Below, piece after piece: positions 25,911 to 35,880 of a DNA stretch of 64,000 nt. The stretch's first letter is position 1; each line of letters opens with the position of its first letter. The stretch lies in IMG/VR virus record IMGVR_UViG_3300040770_000357, one strand, 5' to 3'. The DNA comes from a virus. Below the pieces are notes generated by a model. It was given only the letters and a program-made list of their open reading frames with translations. It searched no databases and was not told the DNA's origin. Position numbers and translations under genes: made by a program.

Positions 25911-27198
25911 GGAAAATGACCCATGGGGCGAGAAATCTTTAGGTAAAATATTTGAAGGTATTAAAGAAACAAGAAAAATGCTTAATAAAAAAGAAGTTAT
26001 AAAAATGACAGAAGAAAATAAAGTTTTAGAGTTTGAAGAATCAGTATATACGTCAAATGATGAGGATGTAAGCTTTATTGAGTTTGGTATAATAAATAAG
26101 TTTTTGATGAATGTTTACCACGGAAAAGTGGATAATATGTCTGTATCTGCTTATGGAACAACTGATAGTATCGGTAGAGTAAATATAGGTGGGGTGTTTG
26201 ATATTACACATTCATTTTGGTTTAGTTTTAAGTTTGCTGAAGATGATAATGATTATATTATCCAAACTAAAATATATCTAAACAATCATGGTGAGACTAT
26301 TAGTCAAATACATATTACAGCAAAAATTGGTATTGTAGAATCAAAATTTGAGGAAATTTTTATGTTAATTAAAACAGAAGCCTTTAATACATCAGAATTT
26401 AAAGGAAAATGTATTATGGTTAAAGTTAAAGAAGGTCAATTTAGGGGTATTAAGATAATAGACATTGAAGAAGCTGGTAATGAGTTAATACTTAATGCAA
26501 CGCAAAGAAAATTCATCGACCATTTTATTAACCGTGTTGGTAGAGGTGGTAATGCTAGGTATTTGTTAAACGGAGAACCAGGATGTGGTAAAACTGAAAG
26601 CATACGTGAGATTGCTAGACGTTTAATACCAAATGTTACGTTTATCATTCCAGATTTCACAACATCAGATGATTTAACCTCAATAATGGAAGCATGTGAG
26701 ATTTTTGAAAATGGCGTTATTATTATGGATGATATCGATTTATACTTGGGTTCAAGAGATAATGGAAGTTATACCAGATTATTGGGTCAGTTCTTATCGT
26801 TTTTTGATGGTATTAAGAAAAGAAAAATTAGTCTATTAGCATCCACTAATGATAAAGGTTTAGTTGATAAAGCAGCTGAAAGACCTGGACGTTTTAACTT
26901 AACGTTAGACTATAGCTATTTAGATGATGAGCAAATAATAAAAGTTTGTGAAATACATTTACCAAAAGATTGTCAAGTCCAAGATGTTTATGATGTTTTG
27001 ACTGGTAGGGTTAACGGTAAAAAAGTTAAGGTTACTGGTGCTTTTATAGCTAATTTAGCTGATAATATTAGAGAAATGTCAGAAGATTCTGATGATTGGA
27101 CCATTGACGATACAGTAAGTCTTATTACTGAATCATATAAAGGGTTCTACTCTACGCAATCAGAAAAAGAGAAATCAACTATGGGTTTCAGTAATTAA
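25900..27198 (+). CDS. AAA+ ATPase
   Basis: GEPGCGKT, IIMDDID, ASTN..LVDKAAERPGRF. Confidence 0.88.
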   Translation: MNVRENDPWGEKSLGKIFEGIKETRKMLNKKEVIKMTEENKVLEFEESVYTSNDEDVSFIEFGIINKFLMNVYHGKVDNMSVSAYGTTDSIGRVNIGGVFDITHSFWFSFKFAEDDNDYIIQTKIYLNNHGETISQIHITAKIGIVESKFEEIFMLIKTEAFNTSEFKGKCIMVKVKEGQFRGIKIIDIEEAGNELILNATQRKFIDHFINRVGRGGNARYLLNGEPGCGKTESIREIARRLIPNVTFIIPDFTTSDDLTSIMEACEIFENGVIIMDDIDLYLGSRDNGSYTRLLGQFLSFFDGIKKRKISLLASTNDKGLVDKAAERPGRFNLTLDYSYLDDEQIIKVCEIHLPKDCQVQDVYDVLTGRVNGKKVKVTGAFIANLADNIREMSEDSDDWTIDDTVSLITESYKGFYSTQSEKEKSTMGFSN

Positions 27199-27270
27199 AA
27201 AAAAAATAATAATCTTACAAATAATTTGGTTTATTTGTAAGATTATTATATATTTGTAAAAAAATAAACT

Positions 27271-28266
27271 ATGGTAATCAAGACAGATTTTAACCCAAAA
27301 GATTTTGATGTGGCAGTGCTTATTGCACGACTACAAGTTGACCAATTACATACTGGTCATAAAGAGTTAATTGACCACATTCAGTCATTACATAAAAAAG
27401 TTATCCTATTCTTAGGTGTACCTAGGGTAGAGGGAACTAGAAGGAACCCATTAGATTTTGCTATGCGAAAAATGATGGTTCAAAGTGAATATCCAAATAT
27501 TGTTATTTTACCAATTGTTGACCAAAGGTCTAATGAGATATGGAGTAATAATTTAGATTCTATGATACCAACAGTGTATGGTAGCAAAAAAACTATACTG
27601 TATGGTAGTAGAGATTCCTTTATACCATATTATAGTGGTAAATATAAAACAATTGAGTTACAACCAAGTGTTGACTATAATGGTACTAATATCAGAGAAG
27701 AATTATCAAAAGAAATAATAGACTCACCACTATTTAGAATTGGTGTGATACATCAAGCGTATTCTCAAAGACCATGTACTTTCCCAACAGTTGACATCTG
27801 TGTGTTTAATGATAAAGGTGAAATACTTATGGCTAAAAAGCCAAATGAGGCTTTGTGGCGATTCGTAGGTGGGTTTGTAGATACTGATGACACTAGTTAT
27901 GAGATAGCCGCTGAGAGAGAGTTTAGAGAAGAAACTGGCGGTAATTGTTCTGTTGGTGAAATGACTTATATTACAAGCCAAAAAATTGATGATTGGAGAT
28001 ACAGAAAAGAGACCTCTGGTATCATGACAACATTATTTCTTGCTGAATATGGTTTTGGTATGGTGAGTGCTAGTGATGACATTGTTGATTTAAAATGGAT
28101 TGATTTTAATAATTTCAGTAATTACGATGGTATCAGAACGAATGTTATGCCAGAGCATAGAGAACTTATGAGTACTTTAGTTGATAAGGTTTATAAGTAT
28201 AATCTTTTACCAAACATAGGTAAAAGATTAGTTGAAAGAACAAATGTAACATATATAAACGAATAA
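27271..28266 (+). CDS. Bifunctional NMN adenylyltransferase / Nudix ADP-ribose pyrophosphatase (NadM-Nudix)
   Basis: LHTGH motif, RNPL, Nudix box GGFVD...AAEREFREETG. Confidence 0.9.
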   Translation: MVIKTDFNPKDFDVAVLIARLQVDQLHTGHKELIDHIQSLHKKVILFLGVPRVEGTRRNPLDFAMRKMMVQSEYPNIVILPIVDQRSNEIWSNNLDSMIPTVYGSKKTILYGSRDSFIPYYSGKYKTIELQPSVDYNGTNIREELSKEIIDSPLFRIGVIHQAYSQRPCTFPTVDICVFNDKGEILMAKKPNEALWRFVGGFVDTDDTSYEIAAEREFREETGGNCSVGEMTYITSQKIDDWRYRKETSGIMTTLFLAEYGFGMVSASDDIVDLKWIDFNNFSNYDGIRTNVMPEHRELMSTLVDKVYKYNLLPNIGKRLVERTNVTYINE

Positions 28267-28267
28267 T

Positions 28268-28762
28268 ATGAAAATAGATGAGGTTAAGTTAGGCGAAAGA
28301 CTTATTAAAATAGCTAAAGATTTAAATATTGAGGTAACTGACGAAGTTGCCAAATTACTTTCTGAATTTACTAAAGAATTACTTATGGGTGATTTTGTTA
28401 AAGAGAAAACAAAAAAAGTTAAGGTCATTAAACATAATTATCTTGGTAGGATAGATTTAGATGAACAAGAGTTTTTGGAATTTGAAGAAGATAATGAATA
28501 CTGGTTATCCGAGTGTGATATGCCAAGTTTCAGTTATGATAAGGGAAGCGTAGCGGAAGCAGAAGAAGATGATGAATTTTTTATTAGGTTAAATGATAAG
28601 TTATATTCTTTTACTATACATGAAGGTGAATGTATTGAGGCTAGTTGGTCTGGGTCTATTTACGGAACTGATGTTAGAAATGTAAAGTTAATCCCAAAAG
28701 AAGAGGAAGGTAATTACAATTTAACTAAACTAGGTCAGTATGGTTATGATTTTAGTGAATAA
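28268..28762 (+). CDS. Hypothetical acidic protein
   Basis: ORF in operon. Confidence 0.65.
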   Translation: MKIDEVKLGERLIKIAKDLNIEVTDEVAKLLSEFTKELLMGDFVKEKTKKVKVIKHNYLGRIDLDEQEFLEFEEDNEYWLSECDMPSFSYDKGSVAEAEEDDEFFIRLNDKLYSFTIHEGECIEASWSGSIYGTDVRNVKLIPKEEEGNYNLTKLGQYGYDFSE

Positions 28763-28794
28763 AAAAATGAATATAAATATATAAACGAATAATT

Positions 28795-29424
28795 ATGACT
28801 GAGGAAGTATTAAATATTTTAAATGAAGACTATAATCAAGGTTCAACATATAGTCTTGTTGGTTTAAGTAACGTGGGTAAAACAGCGTTACTTTTAAATA
28901 TAGCTGTTAAGTTAAGTCTTAGAGGTAAGAAAATTTTATTTTTGACTGATGAATCAATACCACTAACCTATAAAAAGTTACATAATTTAATGGGTAGCTT
29001 TGCAAACGGAGAAATTATTGTTTCAGATAGTTTAAGTAATATAAATGAGCTTGACAATATGTTTAAAGCTTTAAAATTTGATTTACTTATTGTTGATGAC
29101 ACTATGATGTCTGAGTATTCATATGGAGTGTTTAGTACTATGTCTAAAGAACATAATTGCTCAGTTATTTTTACATATAATGCACGAAAAAATATTATTA
29201 CCAGTACTAATATTTTTGGTAGAAGCATTAAATACTTACAACAGAGTGATGTTGTTATGCAATTAGAGAAATTATCTTTAACCGAAACGTTATTAACTAA
29301 AATTTATTACGTACTTTTGTTTTGGAATAAAAAACCAAACCTTAGCCTCAGTATTATTAAAAATAGATTTGGTAAAGAATCAACCACAAACTTTTTTTTA
29401 GATTTAAACTTAAATAAAAAATAA
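28795..29424 (+). CDS. RecA/DnaB-like P-loop NTPase (short)
   Basis: GLSNVGKT, LLIVDD, IIKNRFG. Confidence 0.65.
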   Translation: MTEEVLNILNEDYNQGSTYSLVGLSNVGKTALLLNIAVKLSLRGKKILFLTDESIPLTYKKLHNLMGSFANGEIIVSDSLSNINELDNMFKALKFDLLIVDDTMMSEYSYGVFSTMSKEHNCSVIFTYNARKNIITSTNIFGRSIKYLQQSDVVMQLEKLSLTETLLTKIYYVLLFWNKKPNLSLSIIKNRFGKESTTNFFLDLNLNKK

Positions 29425-30986
29425 TGAGTATACATAGACAATTAAGAAGAAAATTAACCAATGCGATAACCAGTCAAAATTGGGGTGATTTTAAAGAAAT
29501 TGAAAAGCAGTTATTTAAAGTACTTGAAAAACCAGAAAACCTTATTTTATTAAGTGATGGATATAAGTATTCACACCCAAAATTTTATGGTAGTGAAATG
29601 ACAAAAATGATTTCGTATATGGAATCAAGAGGTGGTAAATTTTCAGAAACAGTTTTTTACGGGCTTCAAATTTTTCTTAAAACATATCTTGATGGAATTG
29701 CGATAATTAAAGAAGATGTTGATGAAGCGGAAGCATATCTTGGGGGTAAATTAGGTATTTTTGGTAGAAGTGATGTATTTGATAGAAGTAAATTTGATTA
29801 TATCATTGATAAGTATGATGGTAGATTACCAGTTAGGATTTGTGCTGTACCAGAAGGTACCGTTGTTAATGTTAAAAATGTTCTATTAACTATTGAAAGC
29901 CTTGACCCAGAATGTGCTTGGTTAACCAATTTCTTGGAATCACTTATTCTTCAGATTTGGTACCCAATTACTGTTGCAACGCTTTCTAGAGAAGTTAAAA
30001 AAGTTGTATTAAAGGCATTTAAAAATAGCACATCATATGATGATGCAACAATCGATATTTTGGTTGGGTATGTTTTAAATGATTTTGGTTTTAGAGGTGT
30101 TTCATCTGTACAATCAGCAAAACATGGTGGTTCGGCTCACTTAATTAATTTTGATGGTTCTGATACGGTTGTTGCATCAAAATTAATTAGAGAATTATAC
30201 AATACTGATACTATTTTCGGTAAATCTATTCCAGCAACTGAACACTCAATAATGACACTTAAAGGTGAAGAAGGTGAGTTGGAGTTAATGAAAAGAGTTT
30301 TAACATTATTCCCAACAGGTTTAGTTGCCTGTGTGTCTGATAGTTATAACATATTCAGAGCATGTAGTGAATATTGGGGTGGTGAGTTGAGAGATTTGAT
30401 TTTATCTAGACCATCAGAACCAGGTAATCAATTGGTTATTAGACCAGATTCTGGTCATGTTACTAGAACATTAATTGAGATTTTTAATATTCTTTTTGAG
30501 ACATTTGGTTATACAACTAATGAAAAAGGGTATAAAGTTTTACCACCACAAGTTAGGGTAATTCAAGGTGATGGTGTTAATTTTGAGTCAATCAGTGAGA
30601 TTTATGAGTTATTGGATAAGCATAAAATTTCACCAGAAAACTTAGCATTAGGTATGGGTGGTAAGTTATTACAAGCTGATATAAATAGAGATACACAAAA
30701 TTTCGCAACAAAAGCATGTTTTGCAATTGTTGATGGTGAAGAAAGAAATATTATCAAGTCACCAACTGAAATGGATGCGGATGGTAATATAGTTAAATCA
30801 TTTAAAAAATCTAAACAAGGTAAACTTAAATTGGTTAGTAATGGTGATGGTACATTCAGAACTGTAACATCATTGGATAGCGATTATAATACTGTTAAAG
30901 ATGAATTAATACCAGTATTTGATAGTGGTGTAATTCTAAAAGAATATACTTTTGAAGAAGTGAGAGATAATGCAAAAATAAACTAA
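29424..30986 (+). CDS. nadV: Nicotinamide phosphoribosyltransferase
   Basis: SDGYKYSH, NDFGFRG, IPATEHS, VSDSY, VIRPDSG, IQGDG, GMGGKLLQ. Confidence 0.92.
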   Translation: MSIHRQLRRKLTNAITSQNWGDFKEIEKQLFKVLEKPENLILLSDGYKYSHPKFYGSEMTKMISYMESRGGKFSETVFYGLQIFLKTYLDGIAIIKEDVDEAEAYLGGKLGIFGRSDVFDRSKFDYIIDKYDGRLPVRICAVPEGTVVNVKNVLLTIESLDPECAWLTNFLESLILQIWYPITVATLSREVKKVVLKAFKNSTSYDDATIDILVGYVLNDFGFRGVSSVQSAKHGGSAHLINFDGSDTVVASKLIRELYNTDTIFGKSIPATEHSIMTLKGEEGELELMKRVLTLFPTGLVACVSDSYNIFRACSEYWGGELRDLILSRPSEPGNQLVIRPDSGHVTRTLIEIFNILFETFGYTTNEKGYKVLPPQVRVIQGDGVNFESISEIYELLDKHKISPENLALGMGGKLLQADINRDTQNFATKACFAIVDGEERNIIKSPTEMDADGNIVKSFKKSKQGKLKLVSNGDGTFRTVTSLDSDYNTVKDELIPVFDSGVILKEYTFEEVRDNAKIN

Positions 30987-30992
30987 ATTAAA

Positions 30993-31475
30993 ATGGCAAA
31001 AGAAGATTTTATATTATTTTGGGGTGGAACATATAGCCAATGGATTCCATCTGAGTTTGAAATAGATGGTGAGTGGTATAACACTGCTGAACAATACATG
31101 ATGGCTAAGAAAGCATTATTGTTCAAAGATTTTGATGCGCATAGTGAGATAATGTTGGAAAAACAACCAGCCTTACAAAAAGCTATAGGTAAAACCGTTA
31201 AGGGGTTTGATAAAGTAACTTGGGAAACATATTGTCGAAAATATGTTTATGATGCAAACTATGCAAAATTTACTCAAAACCCTAAAATGTACGATGAACT
31301 AATGCGTAGTGGTACAAAAGAGATTGTTGAAGCTAGTCCAGAAGATAAAATTTGGGGTATTGGTTTACATTCAACAAATCCTTTAGCTTGGGATAAAGCA
31401 ACTTGGCAAGGCACCAACTGGCTTGGTGAGGCAATCATGCAAGTTAGAGAAACCTTACGTAAAGAACTAGAGTAA
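30993..31475 (+). CDS. NADAR family protein
   Basis: SQW, TAEQYMMAKKA, AKFTQN, VEASPEDKIWGIG, GTNWLG..IMQVR. Confidence 0.92.
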   Translation: MAKEDFILFWGGTYSQWIPSEFEIDGEWYNTAEQYMMAKKALLFKDFDAHSEIMLEKQPALQKAIGKTVKGFDKVTWETYCRKYVYDANYAKFTQNPKMYDELMRSGTKEIVEASPEDKIWGIGLHSTNPLAWDKATWQGTNWLGEAIMQVRETLRKELE

Positions 31476-31477
31476 TT

Positions 31478-31720
31478 ATGGGAAAAGAACCTAATTTTTT
31501 AGACATGCATAAAGAACATTTAGAGTCAATTGGTTTTTATGAAGAAATAAATACTAGTTATCTGTGTCAAGTTTTAGAGGGAACTTATATAACTAGTATA
31601 ATTAAAGACTATTATATAAGTAAAATAGTTCCAGATAAGGATGTTTACTTAGTTAAGTGGAAGAAAAGGTTTCGACAGTTAACTGATAGTGAAATAAAAG
31701 ATAAGTACGGTAGAGAATAA
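31478..31720 (+). CDS. Hypothetical protein
   Basis: ORF in operon. Confidence 0.5.
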   Translation: MGKEPNFLDMHKEHLESIGFYEEINTSYLCQVLEGTYITSIIKDYYISKIVPDKDVYLVKWKKRFRQLTDSEIKDKYGRE

Positions 31721-31735
31721 ATAAAAAATAATACT

Positions 31736-32197
31736 ATGATAAAATATATTGATGGTGACTTACTTAAGTTTTCAGATGAGGGAATATTTGATGTAATTGC
31801 ACATTGTTGTAATTGTTTCTGTAATTTTGGTGCTGGTATTGCGCCACAAATAAAAAATAAATACCCAGAAGCGTATGTTGCTGACTGTAAGACAGCTTCT
31901 GGTGATAAGAGTAAGTTAGGTACTATATCCTATACTGAAACAATCACACCAACCGTTGTAAACATATATGGCCAATTTGGTTATGGAAATAGACGACATG
32001 GCGGTATAGATTTAGACTATGATGCTTTGCGTTCTGGTATGTTGGCTATGAAGAATAAGTTTACTGGGTTAAGGTTCGGTATGCCTATGATTGGTGCTGG
32101 CCTTGCTGGTGGTGATTGGGATGTCATTGAGGAAATGATTAATGATATATTTGTTGACGAGGATATTACCATTGTTAGATATGTTCCAAGCAAGTAA
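31736..32197 (+). CDS. Macrodomain protein (ADP-ribose binding/hydrolase)
   Basis: GDLL, IAHCCNC, GAGIA, MPMIGAGLAGGDW. Confidence 0.92.
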   Translation: MIKYIDGDLLKFSDEGIFDVIAHCCNCFCNFGAGIAPQIKNKYPEAYVADCKTASGDKSKLGTISYTETITPTVVNIYGQFGYGNRRHGGIDLDYDALRSGMLAMKNKFTGLRFGMPMIGAGLAGGDWDVIEEMINDIFVDEDITIVRYVPSK

Positions 32198-32258
32198 ATA
32201 ATTATTAATTAAAGTTGCGTGTTGGTTAAATAATATGTAGTTTTGTAAAAAAATAGTT

Positions 32259-32879
32259 ATGAGTGTTACAAAAGCAATAAATAATTTTTTTGATATGCAG
32301 AAAATAAGAAATTGGGATAAAGGTTATTTCTTTTTCGATATCCATTCAACAATACTAAAGTCTAATTATAAATTGGGTAAAATTTCTGATGAGTTTTACC
32401 CACATGCTAAGGAAGCCTTACAGTTAATGACTAAAATGCCAGATATCGTGATGGTAATCTATACTTGTAGTCATCCAAATGAGATTCTTGAATACATTGA
32501 GTTCTTCAAGAAACATGGGATTACATTTAAGTATGTTAATGATAACCCAGAGGTAACTACAGAAGGTTATGGTTGTTATGATTATAAACCATATATGAAT
32601 GTATTGTTTGAAGATAAAGCTGGTTTTGATGGTGATACAGATTGGTTAGGTGTTTTAGAACTAATGACTGCTAAAGCTAGGCCATCAATATTTAGCGATG
32701 TGTGTAAATCATCAGACGATTTACATGTATTGACTGAGAAAGCATATGCTAATTATGAGTATTGGCACAATCATCATCCGACAATACATTCAAATAGATT
32801 CGATACCTTAACATTTAAAGGGTTTAGTTTACAGAATATTGATTTCATAAAATCTTGGTTAACACAAAAAAAATATTAA
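32259..32879 (+). CDS. HAD-like protein
   Basis: FFFDIHSTI, YTCS, FEDKAGF. Confidence 0.6.
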   Translation: MSVTKAINNFFDMQKIRNWDKGYFFFDIHSTILKSNYKLGKISDEFYPHAKEALQLMTKMPDIVMVIYTCSHPNEILEYIEFFKKHGITFKYVNDNPEVTTEGYGCYDYKPYMNVLFEDKAGFDGDTDWLGVLELMTAKARPSIFSDVCKSSDDLHVLTEKAYANYEYWHNHHPTIHSNRFDTLTFKGFSLQNIDFIKSWLTQKKY

Positions 32880-32880
32880 A

Positions 32881-33606
32881 ATGAAGATAGTAATATTCAC
32901 TGGTGCTGGTATTAGTAAAGAGTCGGGTATAGAAACATTTAGGGATTCAGTAGATGGACTATGGAATAATCATCGCATTGATGATGTGGCAACAAAAAGT
33001 GCTTGGGGTAAAGATAGAGCAAAGGTTTTAGATTTCTACAACGAGCGTAGACAACAATTACCTAGTGTTGAACCAAATGATGCTCATAGAGCATTGGTTG
33101 AATTGGAAAAACATTTCGAGGTTACTATTGTAACACAAAATGTTGATGATTTACATGAAAGAGCTGGGTCAAGTAACATTCTTCATTTACATGGTGAGTT
33201 AACTAAAGCTAGAGGTTCCTTTCCAATGTCAACACCAAATAACCCAAATCAAACAGTGATAGATATTGGTTATGATGATATAAATATAGGTGATAGATGT
33301 TTGGTTAGTGATTCACAATTAAGGCCACATATAGTATGGTTTGAGGAATATCCTTTTTACATTGATGAGGCTTATACTGCAATGTTTCATGCTGATATTC
33401 TTTTAGTCATAGGTACAAGTCTTCAAATAGGTTATACTTTAACTATGATTAATGAAGGTATGAAAGAAAGTGGTAGGGTTATCTATATCGACCCAGACCC
33501 AAGGAAATATTTGGACAACTATGGTCTTGATGTAGAATATATTAAAGAAACAGCGGTAAATGGTGTTGTTAGAGTAGTAAATGAATTAATAAATAACAAT
33601 AAATAA
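32881..33606 (+). CDS. cobB: Sirtuin NAD-dependent deacylase
   Basis: TGAGISKESGIETFR, TQNVDDLHERAGS, HLHG, RPHIVWF, IGTSL. Confidence 0.92.
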   Translation: MKIVIFTGAGISKESGIETFRDSVDGLWNNHRIDDVATKSAWGKDRAKVLDFYNERRQQLPSVEPNDAHRALVELEKHFEVTIVTQNVDDLHERAGSSNILHLHGELTKARGSFPMSTPNNPNQTVIDIGYDDINIGDRCLVSDSQLRPHIVWFEEYPFYIDEAYTAMFHADILLVIGTSLQIGYTLTMINEGMKESGRVIYIDPDPRKYLDNYGLDVEYIKETAVNGVVRVVNELINNNK

Positions 33607-33617
33607 AAAAGAAGAGT

Positions 33618-33977
33618 ATGCATTATTTTTTTGAGGGTTCGATTTCCACAATAGGTGAAACACAGACATTTGGGGAGAAGTTTAAAAAACGTGAGTTTGT
33701 AGTAACTACCGAGGGTAAATACCCAAACAGTGTTAAATTTGATTTCATCAACGAAAACGTTGATATATTAGATAACCACATAGAGGGTGAAATGGTAACC
33801 GTTGGTTTCATTATTAAAGGTAACGAGTATAATGGTAAACATTATGTTAACCTACAAGCGATTGCTATCGGTGAGATAGAGGATGGTAAAGTTGAAGAAG
33901 ACTTTGCTAATAAAAGTGGAAAAGTAGTTGTTGATGCGACATTCGATGATGATGAGATAGATGATTTACCTTTCTAA
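33618..33977 (+). CDS. DUF3127 OB-fold protein (SSB-like)
   Basis: FKKREFVVT, YPN.VKF, acidic tail DDLPF. Confidence 0.85.
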   Translation: MHYFFEGSISTIGETQTFGEKFKKREFVVTTEGKYPNSVKFDFINENVDILDNHIEGEMVTVGFIIKGNEYNGKHYVNLQAIAIGEIEDGKVEEDFANKSGKVVVDATFDDDEIDDLPF

Positions 33978-34060
33978 ATAAAGACTAAAAAAAGTAAAAA
34001 TAAACATCAATTAACTTTGGTGTTTATTTTTTTATATATATATTTGTAAAAAAAAACAAC

Positions 34061-34417
34061 ATGAGTGTACTAATATTAACGCTGACCGAGGACCATTTAA
34101 AATTGCTTAAAAACCTTAGATGGGGAATTAACGCAAAGAATTTTATCAGTGGTACTGAGGACGAAACAGAAGACCCAGCACCTTTCCGTGAGAATACTTT
34201 ATATGAGGGAATTGATTTAATTCTTAATGGTAAAGGAGACCAAGACCCATTTACAACAGATAGTTTTACTCAGTATACTACTGAACAAAAAGCTGAATGG
34301 GATAAATTATATGCTGAATTACCAATTGCATTAGATATCATACTATATAATGGTAATTTTAATTTGGGTACGTATAAAACAAGATTCCATTTAAGGGATT
34401 GGGTTAAAACTAATTAA
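34061..34417 (+). CDS. Hypothetical protein
   Basis: ORF after promoter. Confidence 0.7.
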   Translation: MSVLILTLTEDHLKLLKNLRWGINAKNFISGTEDETEDPAPFRENTLYEGIDLILNGKGDQDPFTTDSFTQYTTEQKAEWDKLYAELPIALDIILYNGNFNLGTYKTRFHLRDWVKTN

Positions 34418-34418
34418 T

Positions 34419-34733
34419 ATGAGTACAAATAAAACAGTTTATTTGGTATTTGGTTGTCGATTTAATTCTGATTGGGTTAATGATTTTTATTTAAGGGATA
34501 ACCATGAAAATATTGAAGATTTATTAAGTGATGAATGTTTCATTATTGATGGTATGAATGGTAATTATGCCTTTTTAGGTAAAATTAAAGAACTGGACCA
34601 AGATAGTGAATCCGTTGAGATAGATTTTGAGGGTAGTAAAGAAAAAAAAGAAGTTGAGGATTTATTTATTGAGCATTTTTCAGATATTGACATGCCAGAA
34701 ATTAAAATGTATTATGTTAATCATTTAACCTAG
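34419..34733 (+). CDS. Hypothetical protein
   Basis: ORF in operon. Confidence 0.65.
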   Translation: MSTNKTVYLVFGCRFNSDWVNDFYLRDNHENIEDLLSDECFIIDGMNGNYAFLGKIKELDQDSESVEIDFEGSKEKKEVEDLFIEHFSDIDMPEIKMYYVNHLT

Positions 34734-34897
34734 AATTATGAAAGAAAAAATAATCTATGCCTTTATAGGCATATTAATCATTTTATTTATCCTTGGTGGG
34801 ATAGTATTTGGTTTATATCTATCAGTTATACTAATTAAATTTATAGTAATCGCTGGATTTATTACTCTTACAGTATTAATTTTTAAAAATAGAAAGG

Positions 34898-35872
34898 ATG
34901 AGTAGTTCAATACTATTTACAATCGGTAAAAGTCAGTTAACAGTACCTATTATAAGGGAATGTAATAATTTTAGTTTAGATATAATTATAGGTGAATTAA
35001 GGGAACAACAATTTTCTGATGGTGAGTTTTGTGTTGATTTTATTAGTTCTGTTAGAGGTAAAAAAATATATATTCTATCCACTTTAAACAACTCTAATGA
35101 GATAATTAAACTATGTTTGGCGATTGATGCCGCTAAACGTGCTGGTGCAATGGAGATTATACCTATTTTACCTTATTTCATATATGCAAGAGGTGATAAG
35201 AAAGACCAGTCACGTGGACCTATTGCTGGTAAAATGATGGCTGAAATGATTGAACAGCGTGGTGCAACATCTGTTATAACATTTGACTTACATGCCGACC
35301 AAATACAAGGGTTCTTTACAATACCAGTAATTCACATCCAAGGTAAGAATGTTTTTGATACATACATAAAAGATGTTTATGATGCGCATACTATTCTATG
35401 TTCGCCAGATGCTGGTGGTGGGAAACGTGTAAAGCGCATGAAAGACCAATTAGAAAAAAGATATTATTTACAGTTAAACTACGTTATGTTAGATAAGACA
35501 AGGAGTGAAGCTAATGTAGTTGACGAAATGGTTATAATTGGTGATGTTAGAGGTAAAAATGTTATAATAATTGATGATATGGTTGATACTGCTGGTACTC
35601 TATGTAAGGCTGCTGAGGTTATCATGGCAAATGGTGCTAAAAGCGTTAGGGCTGTTATAACACATGGTATTTGCTCTGGTGCTGCGTTAGCACGAATTGA
35701 GAACTCTGTTTTAACTGAGTTAGTTATTAGTGATTCACTACCAAAACCATGGGATACTAATGGAATATATGGAAATGGTAAGATAACAGTTGTTAGTGTT
35801 GGTAAACAAATAGGTATGGCCATAGCCTCAATGTCAAATCATTTGAGTTACGAAGAATTGAAAAACAAATAA
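34898..35872 (+). CDS. prs: Ribose-phosphate pyrophosphokinase family protein
   Basis: FSDGE, PYFIYARGDKK, DLHADQIQGFF, SPDAGG, IIDDMVDTAGT. Confidence 0.9.
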   Translation: MSSSILFTIGKSQLTVPIIRECNNFSLDIIIGELREQQFSDGEFCVDFISSVRGKKIYILSTLNNSNEIIKLCLAIDAAKRAGAMEIIPILPYFIYARGDKKDQSRGPIAGKMMAEMIEQRGATSVITFDLHADQIQGFFTIPVIHIQGKNVFDTYIKDVYDAHTILCSPDAGGGKRVKRMKDQLEKRYYLQLNYVMLDKTRSEANVVDEMVIIGDVRGKNVIIIDDMVDTAGTLCKAAEVIMANGAKSVRAVITHGICSGAALARIENSVLTELVISDSLPKPWDTNGIYGNGKITVVSVGKQIGMAIASMSNHLSYEELKNK

Positions 35873-35880
35873 TAAATAAA

